Shown here piece after piece: positions 1 to 11,871 of a stretch of DNA of 64,000 bases. Source of the stretch: Antedon mediterranea (taxonomy: Eukaryota; Animalia; Echinodermata); contig NC_092672.1 in the NCBI RefSeq assembly GCF_964355755.1, positions 15,004,001-15,068,000 of the forward strand. The letters are read 5' to 3'. The notes under the pieces were generated by a model, which was given only the letters and a program-made list of their open reading frames with translations, searched no databases and was not told where the DNA came from. The translations under genes were made by a program, and so were the position numbers. Position 1 is the stretch's first letter. Each line of letters opens with the position of its first letter.

Positions 1-54
1 TTAAAAAGAAATAAATGCTAATAAATTGATAATACTAAATAATAGGTAATATTA

Positions 55-731
55 CCGTACTGACGCGGGTATAAGCCCATACTCGGGTATAAGCCCACCC
101 CCGACTTTTGACTAATTTTCATGAAAAATGAGGCACTCGGGTATAAGCCCACCCATTAATTCGAAGATCTACAGTGTGTGTCGTAATACATATTTTTGTA
201 TTTGGCGACGTCCATACACCGAATACACCTACCTTTGATCATAACCAAGCTAGGCTAATATACGCTAGGCCATATGAGGCCTAGCGGTCCTGTTTTGTTT
301 ACACTCCATCGCGGTCAAAGATCGCTTCACACACGACGCTACATACAAGTCGCCAAAACGGAAAACCACTATTTGGTATCGGCTGCCATAAACAAGCTTA
401 TTAAATTTCTTTGGTACATTTCTATTTAACGAACATTGTATACTTGCTTTTCTGCTTGATAAATTCTTGTTCAGTTGATGTTTAAAATAAGATATTCTAC
501 GATAAATTACACGAACTAGGCTATAAGCTTAATTTTCCGACACTCTACACCTCGTGTATTTAGAGGCAACGTCTTACACGTGAGGGCGCTCGCTCGCATG
601 GTGGAAATACACAGTGTACATGTGCTGTTTTTGACGATCTGCATTTTTGGATCCTCGGGTATAAGCCCACCCCCCAAACTTGACGTGATTTCATGTTCGA
701 GGGAGGTGGGCTTATACCCGCGTCAGTACGG
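55..731. mobile_element. Non-autonomous Tc1/mariner (pogo/Tigger-like) MITE
   Basis: TIR CCGTACTGACGCGGGTATAAGCCC at 55 and its reverse complement ending at 731; TA on both flanks (53-54, 732-733); subterminal GGGTATAAGCCCAC repeats; no ORF. Confidence 0.9.
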
Positions 732-820
732 TAGATGTTAAATTAAAGGAAACAGCATTAAACATAAAAAAATATTTATGTTTTGAAACTTTTCATTTTT
801 TCTTTCATTGCCCAACTTAA

Positions 821-1620
821 CCCTTTCACTGCGTATACCCGGTACTACCGGGTATAAACAGACGTTGTTGAAATACGTATACCCGGTAATACCGGGTATG
901 GGCAAAACAATGATTTAATCGTATTTGCCTATAATATATAGCACCCTCTGTATTTTTTCGATGAACTTGAATATTTTTGCAAGTCATTAAAATTTTTTCC
1001 CAGGAAAAACAACGGCCCTCTATAGTTGTATTATCGTCTTGAAAATAATGCGCCCTCTATAGTTATATTATATATAGTATACTGTAGTATATATAATAGT
1101 ATTTCTATCTTGGAAAGTTGTTTTGAGTAGCGTAATGGCGGCCATTTTGAAAGTAACACAAATTTACAAGCCCCAATAGGGCAATATGGTGTTTATCACA
1201 ACACGCAAAAAAAAAATTCTGAAACAATAGTTAGACTTTGATTTGTGCATAATTTTATAAAACAATAAAAATAATTCAATTTTTTTAAATATTTTTATTT
1301 ATTATACGTATCTTCATCAATATCCAGTTGGAAAAATGTATTCCATAAGAACTTCTTATAGAAAATATAGTTTTTATAATTGATTCAATAAAAAACACGA
1401 AATCCAAAATACCTGTAATGATGTCACATGACGTCATCAAAGGCAAATTAATTTTTTTTTTATACCTAACTGTAGACTAACACTTTGCCGATCACACACC
1501 ACAAAAATAATTACACAATTATCTCAATTAGTATTTTCTTACAATTAATTAAAATATCATATGTTTTTCCTAAATATATATTACGCACAGAGGTGGGAAT
1601 AATGCTCCGCAGTGAAAGGG
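821..1620. mobile_element. Non-autonomous piggyBac-type element (800 bp)
   Basis: 13-bp TIR CCCTTTCACTGCG...CGCAGTGAAAGGG flanked by TTAA (817-820, 1621-1624); CCC...GGG termini plus TTAA TSD are diagnostic of piggyBac. Confidence 0.92.
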
Positions 1621-3559
1621 TTAAATACATTAGTTACCATTTGGTATAAATAAAGACTATAGCCATTTGACATTTACAGTATTTATGTTACCATAAATGT
1701 ACCATATTTGGTACAGTAATTTATTACTATACAGTATAGTAATAAATGTACCATATTTGGTACAGTATAGTAATAGTTATTTATATATAGTAATAGTTAT
1801 TTACGTCTGTAATCTCAAACAACCTTTACTGTTTACAGTGATATGGTGTATAAAAATTATACCAATTGAGATGAAATCAGAATTTATGGAGTCTGTCATT
1901 TTATTTACGTCTTAATATCTTTGCTATATCATTAGCGTCCTAATCACTGTGGAAACAATATTTTATTGGACCTTCAGAGACAGAAACGTGTGTTCCGTAA
2001 TCGACGCCATGTTGTTATTGTGTACAGGCTTTCCATCAAATCGTAAATATATACGTCGCACTAAAACTATTTTATTCAATATTTTGCTTTTTATTAATTA
2101 TTTTATTTTTTATATTGATTAACTACGGACGTTTAAATGTATTTTTTTCTTTATATGATACGCTTTTATTTCAAACTTGTTGTTATTACTTTAAAAAAAA
2201 TTATTATAATAATTACTAGAAGATGTTCTTTTATTTCCCAAACATCGGAACGATTGAATGATAGGATTTTTACCCGATGGCCTAAATCTGAAGTTTGCAA
2301 ATACACTCCTACACTACAAATTGAATTAAAGAAGCTTTGCACATCGATATTGAGAAAAGAAAACAATTCATCATGCTTGTATTTAGTTTTGAAGTTTTTG
2401 AATGTTAAAGCTTGGACCTATACAAAAGTTTTTTCTGCTGTCAGTAAGGATAATTAGGAATTTAAATACCAGTGCACATTCACTAAATAAATACTGGACA
2501 ACTTACTAATTAAAATCAAAAGAAGCTTTAAACATATCAATTGGGATTAGTTTCAAACTTTGTATTTAGTTTTGAAGTTTCTGAATATACTTAATAGCGA
2601 AGTTATGACCGTTGTCAGCTGTAATAATAATTTAACTTCAAGCATCAAGTTAAAAATGGTCTAATTTATTTTAAGTACACGCAAGTGGGAATTTTTTAGA
2701 TGCGCAAAATGCCATGTTTCGCATAGAAAGTTGAGTAGAAATTAGTTTTGTGTATTTTTAAATTTTAAATGTGCATGCGCACATAACTGTGCCATTTTTA
2801 ATCCACAAAAAGTTGACACTTGATATGAATTAATTTTCACCAAATACAAATATGACTTTTGGTTTTAATCTATGATCAATCATTGAAATTCATATAATCA
2901 TGCGTAAGTCACGTTGCACAACTCTTGACGTTTTTCAAAAATAGGAGGTGCACAACTGTCACGTAAATGTTGATATGTTGACAAACCACATGCACATCAT
3001 ATCATGTAATAATGGTTATACGTGTGGAGAATGACTTTAATAATAGAATGAACGACAACTGCGTAAACTTCAAACTTTAATGAAAATACTCAAAACTCAA
3101 GATGGCTAACAGAATCATGTGCATGAACTGTGCGCGGTCTGGTTCTCAATACTATCTAACATTGCCTAAACAATGGGGGCGCTATACGCATTATAGCTAT
3201 GCTCAGGTTTAGCATTACATATCATTACATCCCCTTTATTAAAAAAATGGAAAAACATATCAAAGTGTGCTTTGCTGAGGCATGGTTATATTAAATTCAT
3301 TACGCACTGGATAACTTATATGAATATAAGGAAATTGAATAAAAACTATTTGTAGAACAAATGTAACGTTCAAATTTGTTTACGATTATCAGTCATTTGC
3401 GAATCTTGTGGGCTTCCTAATATGACAACTACTTCTTCGTAGGATCAATTCATCGGACATTTCGATGTCATTATGATCTTGGCTCACTGCTCCAGGTTCT
3501 CATTATCATTGATTCCCCTTGTTCTTGATTATCCTAAAACTTTCCCCTTCCTTTAGGTC

Positions 3560-3670
3560 TTTTGAAAAGAGTGATACACCAATTTTCTGTGAATTGCTCG
3601 AACTAGTCAGAGTTAAATTTCGGACCGTTGTCACTAACAATTTCATCTGGGGTGCCGTGTTCAGCGAAGT
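3560..3670 (-). pseudogene. Decayed Gypsy integrase core fragment
   Basis: Minus-strand translation FAEHGTPDEIVSDNGPKF...F..F..NW matches the rve motif F.rhG.Pe.ivSDNGpqF; in-frame stop follows. Confidence 0.75.
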
Positions 3671-3939
3671 TACGATATGTTCTGTTTACATGTTTTAGAG
3701 GAACGCAACGCACAAAAATGAAAGAAGGAAATAAGCACTAGATTTAACTCGTCACAATTAGCAAACGCCACGTGCCTGTCATACGTTAGAATATTGCGCA
3801 TAGAAAAACGATTATGCCATTGTGACCTGAAGAAATAAAATGTTAGTGTGCCCTCTATTTTGTGTCTAAGTATATTCAGTATACACTATATGCTGTATAC
3901 ATACTACATGCAGTGCAGAATAGGTGGAAATAACAGAAC

Positions 3940-4260
3940 CCGCTCAATTATTTCAATTTTTAACATGATAACGTCATCATAATAAAACGCGTTGATAGCA
4001 ATTTTGGAAGGGAATTATATGAGCAACAACATATTAACATATTTAAGAATGTTGGATATGTAGAATATGGATGCGCACACTTTTAAATGTCATTAACTAT
4101 GACACAAAATACGAAAATACGACTTTTATAATTCAACTGGCCATATGATGACATCACAACATCTGATACGCAAAATTTGTACATGAATTCGTATCTACAA
4201 TTCAACAGCTTCCAGAAAATGTTTTAATTATGAGTATCACTTTTTATTCTGAGGGGCTAT
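3940..4260. repeat. Dispersed repeat; inverted copy at about 56760-57160
   Basis: GACTTTTATAATTCAACTGGCCATATGATGACATC (about 4121) matches the reverse complement of GACGTCATCATATGGCCAGTTGAATTTTAAAAGTC (about 56878). Confidence 0.65.
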
Positions 4261-5010
4261 AACATATTGAAATTTACTGAAATATGAAATGAATAGCTAG
4301 GCCGGCCCTACTCAGCCTGCGCTGCCTCGCTTAAAGCAATAATTAAATTCCTCCTCACCGACATGCGTGGCGTCTGTGGAGGAATGATCGCTAAAATAAT
4401 GTTTCAATTGGCTTTTCTTTAGTAATTTTTTTATGAAATGTATAGTGTACTTGCTTGACGAATCCTTTGTCCATTTATTCAACCTGTTAGTGTTAGTGGC
4501 GGTTTCATCGCTGTTGGTTGACAACTGAATAAAATAAATAAATAAATAAAATAAATCATATAATTTATGTTGCAAGTTGTAATGTGTCCATAAAGTATAA
4601 TTATTCTACGTGCGTAGCCTCTTGTGGTGTGTAAGCAAACCGCAAAAATACCATCGCCATGCTCTCCACACCACCACAAGCCCCTTAGATCAATTTTCAG
4701 TCATACCCTGATGAGGAGAGCCTCACTTGGGTGTAGAAAAAGCTCTTAATCACCAATTCTGATGATTTATGACTTCCTAATTACTGGTGTCCAGTGGTAC
4801 AAGGCCACCTAGAAACTGTACTATTGTAAAGTGTATAGCAGTCCTAATAAAGCAGATTTGTGTTTAGGACCCTGCTGTTTTTGTTGTGTGTGTTTGTGTA
4901 AACAATTCACAACAGAATACCTCCTTACAATTTTGACAGGTTAAATGATCTTGGTTAAAAAATCATGCGTTGTTTTGAGAAACAACAATAATTTGGTATA
5001 GTATGGTACA

Positions 5011-5648
5011 TTAATTATGAGTGTGTTAATTATGAGTGTGTTAATTATGAGTGTGTTAATTATGAGTGTGTTAATTATGAGTGTGTTAATTATGAGTGTG
5101 TTAATTATGAGTGTGTTAATTATGAGTGTGTTAATTATGAGTGTGTTCATTATGAGTGTGTTCATTATGAGTGTGTTCATTATGAGTGTGTTCATTATGA
5201 GTGTGTTCATTATGAGTGTGTTCATTATGAGTGTGTTCATTATGAGTGTGTTCATTATGAGTGTGTTCATTATGAGTGTGTTCATTATGAGTGTGTTCAT
5301 TATGAGTGTGTTCATTATGAGTGTGTTCATTATGAGTGTGTTCATTATGAGTGTGTTCATTATGAGTGTGTTCATTATGAGTGTGTTCATTATGAGTGTG
5401 TTCATTATGAGTGTGTTCATTATGAGTGTGTTCATTATGAGTGTGTTCATTATGAGTGTGTTCATTATGAGTGTGTTCATTATGAGTGTGTTCATTATGA
5501 GTGTGTTCATTATGAGTGTGTTCATTATGAGTGTGTTCATTATGAGTGTGTTCATTATGAGTGTGTTCATTATGAGTGTGTTCATTATGAGTGTGTTCAT
5601 TATGAGTGTGTTCATTATGAGTGTGTTCATTATGAGTGTGTTCATTAT
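5011..5648. repeat. 15-bp minisatellite (TT[A/C]ATTATGAGTGTG), about 42 copies
   Basis: Perfect tandem array; the first 9 units have A and the remainder have C at position 3. Confidence 0.98.
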
Positions 5649-6350
5649 CTAAGAGCCTATTAAACACGTGCCTCACCCACTGTGTAGCCAAAACATTTAT
5701 TTATTTACATCCCTAAATTTACAATCGCGTATTCTGTAATTTTACTTGATGCTATTCAATTGTTGTTTGACGTTCATCACAAGGCGAAATACATTCTCCA
5801 ATTTGGTTCATTGAATATTTTTGTATGCAAGAATTTAAACAGCATATTGACATCATTATTTTTTAAAGCAATCACATCAACGCAAACATATTCCCTAAAG
5901 GAGGATTCTTCTTTTATTGTAGGCAATAAAATGATATTGCTAACTCTATAACAGCTTTTCACTCATTATGTATGATAAACTAAACAACAATCATCTTCTA
6001 AAATTAGTTTGATTGTGCATATAATTGCATGTAATCATAAACTTCGGAATTTCTACTTGAAAATCTTCTTACATATTTATATATATATATATATAGTAGA
6101 AATAGACTGTAGAGTACAATTACACACATCATAGAGAATCATACACATCTGTATTCATTTCTTTTGCATGTAGTGGATTCTAAAACTATATTTAGAAGCA
6201 GTATGTTGACAATACAGTTTTTCTCTTCAATTAATTCATTTATTTGTATAAGTACATTTATCCTAAAAAACAGAACACTTCCTATTTCATCTCCATAAAA
6301 GAAGCTTGTGCTGTATAAATGCTAAACACACAAGCCATGACGTTTTCAGT

Positions 6351-6440
6351 AGACAGCCATTAAGATATCTAATTTGTAGACTGCCCTCAAACCAAAGACA
6401 GCCATTAAGATATCTAATTTGTAGACTGCCCTCAAACCAA
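6351..6440. repeat. 45-bp tandem duplication
   Basis: AGACAGCCATTAAGATATCTAATTTGTAGACTGCCCTCAAACCAA occurs twice in tandem. Confidence 0.9.
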
Positions 6441-6504
6441 ATACAGTTTGACATTACACTAGTCACAAGTTTAATTTTACTGTTTTATTTATATATAAAT
6501 CAAT

Positions 6505-6790
6505 AGACATAGAATAAGTTCTAAATCTCTGGTGATATACTAAATATCAATAAAATTATTTGAAATGATAAAGATGGAAAACTCAGATGAGCAAAAGCAG
6601 CCCAACCAAGGTTTTCAACCCAGAACCTACTACTTGATATGCAACGGAACAGCACTAATTATCAATTGGGCACATGCAACAGAGATACTTTTATATTATA
6701 AATTAGGCAGAGAATAAATTCTAAACTGCCTATTGATACAGAATATTAATTAATTAATTTAAATACGATAAAGATGAGAAAATCTAATCT
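6505..6790 (-). mobile_element. Two diverged minus-strand copies or fragments of the tRNA-derived SINE-like family
   Basis: Reverse complement shows CATATCAAGTAGTAGGTTCTGGGTTGAAAACCTTGGTTGGGC and the same body (CATCTTTATC...TTTAGAA...CTCTGCC) as the copy at 6836. Confidence 0.6.
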
Positions 6791-6835
6791 AACAAATTCA
6801 AATACAGTATATATATATATCGAGTTAAAAGAACA

Positions 6836-7020
6836 ATACCATGAAAGCCCCAGTGGTCTAATGGTTAGGGCAACTGCATATCAAGCAGACGGTCCGAGTT
6901 CGAGTCTCGGTTGGGGCGACTTTTTCTCATTCTCCCAGATTTCCTCATCTTTATCGTTTCAAATTAATTAATTAAATTTCACCGGGCGGTTTAGAATTAA
7001 TGTTCTTTGCCTGATTTGTT
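6836..7020 (+). mobile_element. tRNA-derived SINE-like element
   Basis: A-box-like TGGTCTAATGG and B-box GAGTTCGAGTC, AT-rich body, flanked by (TA)n; close copies at about 35030-35180 and 35280-35380. Confidence 0.75.
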
Positions 7021-7079
7021 TATATATATATATATATATATATAAATCCAAAGGCAAATTACTGAAAAAATGACAATGC

Positions 7080-7205
7080 TGTGGGTATCAGTGGCTGGAT
7101 CTCAATGGAGATACAAAATAAAAGCGAAAAGCTAAATCAAAACGAGAAGTAAAACAGCCAGAAAGGTTAGCAGAGCTTTCGGGCAACACTAGCCCTTCAT
7201 CATCA
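7080..7205 (-). mobile_element. Short Penelope-like 3' terminal fragment with a minimal hammerhead-like motif
   Basis: Minus strand reads TGATGA-A-GGGC-TAGTGTT-GCCC-GAAAGCTC followed by a T-rich tail, the layout of Penelope pLTR minimal hammerheads; the first C of CUGAUGA is absent. Confidence 0.5.
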
Positions 7206-7370
7206 TTTTAATATATATTACTATTTATAAAAGCTTTTCAGTTTAATTTTCTTTCATTGGTTATCCGCACTTGGCGGATAACCCCTTGTAATATTGTCAG
7301 TATTTTTTTCTTATCTTATTCTTCTTTCTTTCTATAAATTTTGTTCATAAAAATGTATAACTTTGTCAGA

Positions 7371-7820
7371 AGATGGAACTGTAACTGTAGATGTGCAAGA
7401 AGATGGAACTGTAACTGTAGATGTGCAAGAAGATGGAACTGTAACTGTAGATGTGCAAGAAGATGGAACTGTAACTGTAGATGTGCAAGAAGATGGAACT
7501 GTAACTGTAGATGTGCAAGAAGATGGAACTGTAACTGTAGATGTGCAAGAAGATGGAACTGTAACTGTAGATGTGCAAGAAGATGGAACTGTAACTGTAG
7601 ATGTGCAAGAAGATGGAACTGTAACTGTAGATGTGCAAGAAGATGGAACTGTAACTGTAGATGTGCAAGAAGATGGAACTGTAACTGTAGATGTGCAAGA
7701 AGATGGAACTGTAACTGTAGATGTGCAAGAAGATGGAACTGTAACTGTAGATGTGCAAGAAGATGGAACTGTAACTGTAGATGTGCAAGAAGATGAAACT
7801 GTAACTGTAGATGTGCAAGA
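7371..7820. repeat. 30-bp minisatellite (AGATGGAACTGTAACTGTAGATGTGCAAGA), 15 copies
   Basis: Near-perfect tandem array; one substitution in the last unit. Confidence 0.98.
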
Positions 7821-8639
7821 AACTTCATTATATGACGTTAGAGTAATGTGGCGTAACTTATGCGCGATTTTATGAAATTTGTTGGTTGCTCAGAAACTCT
7901 GAACAAAAATGTATTTTTCAATCAAACTTTAGGAAAATGTATTTCATAATATGGAGCAACTTTTGACATGATAAAATTGGTATGCTATGCAAGAAATTAT
8001 GAGAGTATGCATTTTCAAAATTAATTTCAAATCAGGCCATTTTGAGCATTTTAAAATTTTTGCCGTTATTGTAAAAAAATGTTCAATTTTGGTTTTTCAT
8101 ACGATCTGTAGTAGATTTCATTTATTTTGATAAACTTTGATTGCAAATTAACGACGCATGTGCATGTAAGGGGGATTCTGGGTTTAAAATTGTTTTAAAT
8201 ATTGTTTATTTATTAAATAAAAAATACTATATAACAATATAGACATGTCAGAATGAAGAAGTAATAACGAGAAATTAAAAAAATTAAATTCCATATACAT
8301 TTTAGGGTAAATTCATGGAAAGTCTGTTTTTCAGCAGCTTAGGGAAGCTTATTAATATTCATGAGATATTCACAAAATTATGTCATCAGTGGATTTCAAA
8401 CTCGCGACGTCATATACGTTGTGTTTGTCAACTAATTTACATCTCTCTCTCCTGTCAAACGACGACTACCCGATCATTGTGAAATACATTTTTTGTAGAT
8501 TTTCTAAGCTAGGCCTAAAGTGTAATAATAACAGTAGTAGCATATATTCATTTTAAACCTGGAACTCCCCCTTTAAACTTTAATAATCATGTGCTAAAAA
8601 CTAGGTAATTTAATGCAAATTTGTGCATGGTGAGGGCAG

Positions 8640-9052
8640 GGCACCCTCGTCGGGGAAAGCTATGTTATGCATGCTGATTGACAGCGAAGTAAACAGTATG
8701 TGGTACGCATTTGTCTGCCGGTGTCTCTTTGTACGAATCATTCATGGCCCACGTTCGGCTCACTGTGGTATACGCGTCGACATATCTGGGCTATATCATA
8801 GTACATCCTCAGACCAAAATGTGTATTTTCCAGATTCCAGGCGAAGATCGGAAAGTCATTTGCAACTACGCATCGACGTACATTCTCAAATCTCACGGTT
8901 GAGCCACTATACTGATTTTAAAAGTAAAATAAAATTATCCTTAAATGTCTAAACTGTCAAAATTTGCAGGGGCTTTGCCCTCATACCCTTTGTTGGCCCC
9001 AACCAAAGACTGTTTGTTTCGCATTTCGCGAGAATACTGGCGCCACCACTGG
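8640..9052. mobile_element. Fragment of the hAT-like family seen intact at 35936-37575
   Basis: Shares CCCTCGTCGGGGA and TTGTCTG.CGGT.TC.CTTTGTACGAATC and ends in the TIR CTGGCGCCACCACTG. Confidence 0.6.
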
Positions 9053-10257
9053 CTGAACGTGCATTAGAGCACCATTAGTTATCACTTTTTTTGTTAGATA
9101 CAGCTAAATCTAAATGTCCCCCTCCTTAGCCTCAGACAATTTTTCAAAAAAAGGGATGGTTACACACTGTTTAATAGGCTAGAGCAACTGTTTCCATCAC
9201 ATTTAATAACAAATGTTACATAATGTAAATTTAAATAAATCTGTATGGATCTTTTTCGACTAACTAAGTAACTAATAGTAAACTTTGATCGAAAAACGAA
9301 ATGAACATTTGGTAATGCGGTACTCCGAAAATGCCTCGATAGTGCATGTGTTGTGTACTGTGTTTTGGTGGTCTGCTAACCTCTAGATACCCTATAACTC
9401 AATGTAATTTAGTATACAATGATTGCAGTAATCGCCGTGTCTATAACACAAATCAATATAACGTCAAATACGCCAAATTTCGGCCTTGTACATACAAGAC
9501 ATTTCATGTTTATTTAATACCTGTGAAATAATAAAAGAACACCATGTTTCTCGTTTATACTGCATACCATTATAATAAACATTCATACGGCAAAAAAAAA
9601 AGTTCACGATATTACACTCCACTCAGGGATGTAAATATACCCTGCTAACGCTTGCACACATGGACCAGGGTGGTAATTAACTGAAATGGAAAAGGGTATA
9701 TTATTGGACAGTGATTATGTCAGCATTCACACAAGGAGTGAGCTAGACAATGTGATGCTGTTAGTAGGAGGAGTGTGTGTGTTTTGGGAAAAAATTGATA
9801 TTTGTGGGTATTTTCCCAAGATTTTAAATCGCGTTTTCTTTTAAACTCTTGAATTCATAAATAGTAATTAAACTCTTAGCTCTTTCACTATGTAGGCATA
9901 CACAACTATAATGCTAACCCTAGCTCTAGGCCTACTCTTCTTAATTAAAAAAACAGGTGCGTCGAATCCACGTCTAGCGACGGTCGCGGGTATGTTGAAT
10001 CTCTTTTGTTTTTAGAATTAAGTGGGTTGGCTAGTCACTCTATTCACCCCCTAGATCTGCCACTGGCTACTTTAGGTAGTGCATTGTTTCTCTCTTTTTA
10101 TCATAATTTACCATAAAACGTACATTTAAGAGCAGGCATGACCAGGTTTAATGTTTTGATATATATACATTATTTTTACAAAACGTCACAAATTGTAGGG
10201 AATGGGTTTTTAATAATGAAGTAACTCAACTAATCAATCATTTTGTAGCATACTTAA

Positions 10258-11070
10258 CAGGGGCGGATCTAGGATTTTGATAAAGAGGGAGCCAATATGA
10301 GAAAAACAATCGTCTGGGGAGGTCCGGAAAATTTTTTTTCTAGACACCCGGAGATAGCATCTGAGGCGTTTTTGCCAGTCGATTCTTGTCATATAATTAT
10401 CTGAATATAGTGGGTTTTATAGACCATATTTAATAGCCTATACGGAACTGTTTTTATTTTTCGCCTAAGCCTGTTTTCCCGTCACGAATTTTTACACATT
10501 TTTTACGCGATCGTTAATGGTTTCTTGGTTCTTTCGACGTTTCTGGGACACATGGATGTGAAGTTTTGCAAAGCCAAGGCCGGTCACGCGCAGACGGGCT
10601 CGTGTGAAAATTGAAAATGTTATGAGTTTTGATGCTTTAACCCAGCCGGCCTAGGACATGTTTTCGCTGATATCTTAATCTAGTTTGTACACTAAAGACA
10701 AAACATTAAATTTAATTGTTTTTATATTAAAATTTAGTTTTACACTTGTTATTTTGAAATATCAGACTTTAAAAGAGTAAAAAAAACATTGTCGCGTTGT
10801 AAAAAATCAAGAATTGTCACAAACAATGATGACGTAATTTATGAACTATTTGATTGGTCAGTCAGTTTTACCGATCGTAACGTTGAAATTGAACTCTGTT
10901 CAACTTTTAAAAAAATTGAAGATTTTAACGATTTTTAATGTTGATTTGTAGCCCCTTTTCCTGTAAAATCGTTGATAAAATCGTATGTAAATGGGTGCAT
11001 AATATATATATTACAAAAGGGGGGGGGGGGGCCGGCCTGGCTTCCCCCCCCCCCCTAAATCCGCCCCCTG
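10258..11070. mobile_element. MITE with CAGGGGCGGAT termini (hAT-like)
   Basis: CAGGGGCGGATCTAGG at 10258 and CTAAATCCGCCCCCTG ending at 11070, with a subterminal poly-G/poly-C palindrome; no TSD visible. Confidence 0.6.
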
Positions 11071-11871
11071 CTAAATACAAGGCTTTGCAAATCATGAAAT
11101 CATGTCTACATTTACTCCTTTTAAAAATTATAACATTTTTTTGTCTATACGTAATAACCACTCAAGGATTGTCACTATACTGTAAGTATACTACTAATGA
11201 CGTTGTATTAATTTATTACAAATTAGATTTTGTATTATATTTGCTGTAAAACACATGATATTGAATTCCTTGTATTTGTAAATTAAATTAATTGCCTTAT
11301 CATATTAGTAAGTCTGTATACCAGAACACCCAGCCAGTCTAATATTTCTGTAGGATATCTATGAATTTCCGTATTTGTTTAGAAATAGAGTAATGTATGA
11401 AATGTTGTGTTTATGTTAGAAGCCAGTGCGATGCAAGGTACGTGTGTAAACAGTTAACCTTGCTTACAAATGCATAATCAATACAGTCAGTATTCAACAG
11501 AATACTCCAATTGCCTTGGAATTTAAATGAGCTTTCTTATTATTTACCATAATATTATAGAGTAGTGTATTGCTATACTAATTTTTTAGCTATTTAATTA
11601 TTGTATTTTATGGTAAGGTTAAGAATCAGATGTATTAAGAAAGAGTATATTGTATGTAGCAATATCAAGCATTTTGCACATTTTCAACTGATTCTATTCT
11701 CTTGTTTTTTTCCATTCTTTTGTGCATGTTTAGATGATATTTTAGATTCTTGTAGAAATGTTTTATATTACAATATGTTATAACTATACAATGTGTTTTT
11801 TAAATAAAAATTATGTGTTTTCTTTCAATAACAAAATTGGTTATCATTATTTGCACCTTCACATATTTGGA

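Noticed and set aside
4708-4750. CTGATGA...GAAAAAGCTC possible hammerhead
   Set aside because: No convincing stem II closing onto GAAA; at best a degenerate relic.
4941-5691. Long ORFs (MNTLI)n, (MSVFI)n and (NEHTH)n
   Set aside because: Artefacts of a stop-free 15-bp tandem repeat; no unique domain and no synonymous variation.
6845-6920. Functional tRNA gene
   Set aside because: Multi-copy with a shared non-tRNA body and imperfect arms; better explained as a SINE head. The same applies to 21916 and 35040.
7316-7875. Four overlapping 150-170 aa ORFs, and a possible CRISPR-like array
   Set aside because: Perfect 30-bp tandem repeat with no spacers and no cas genes, in a eukaryotic context.
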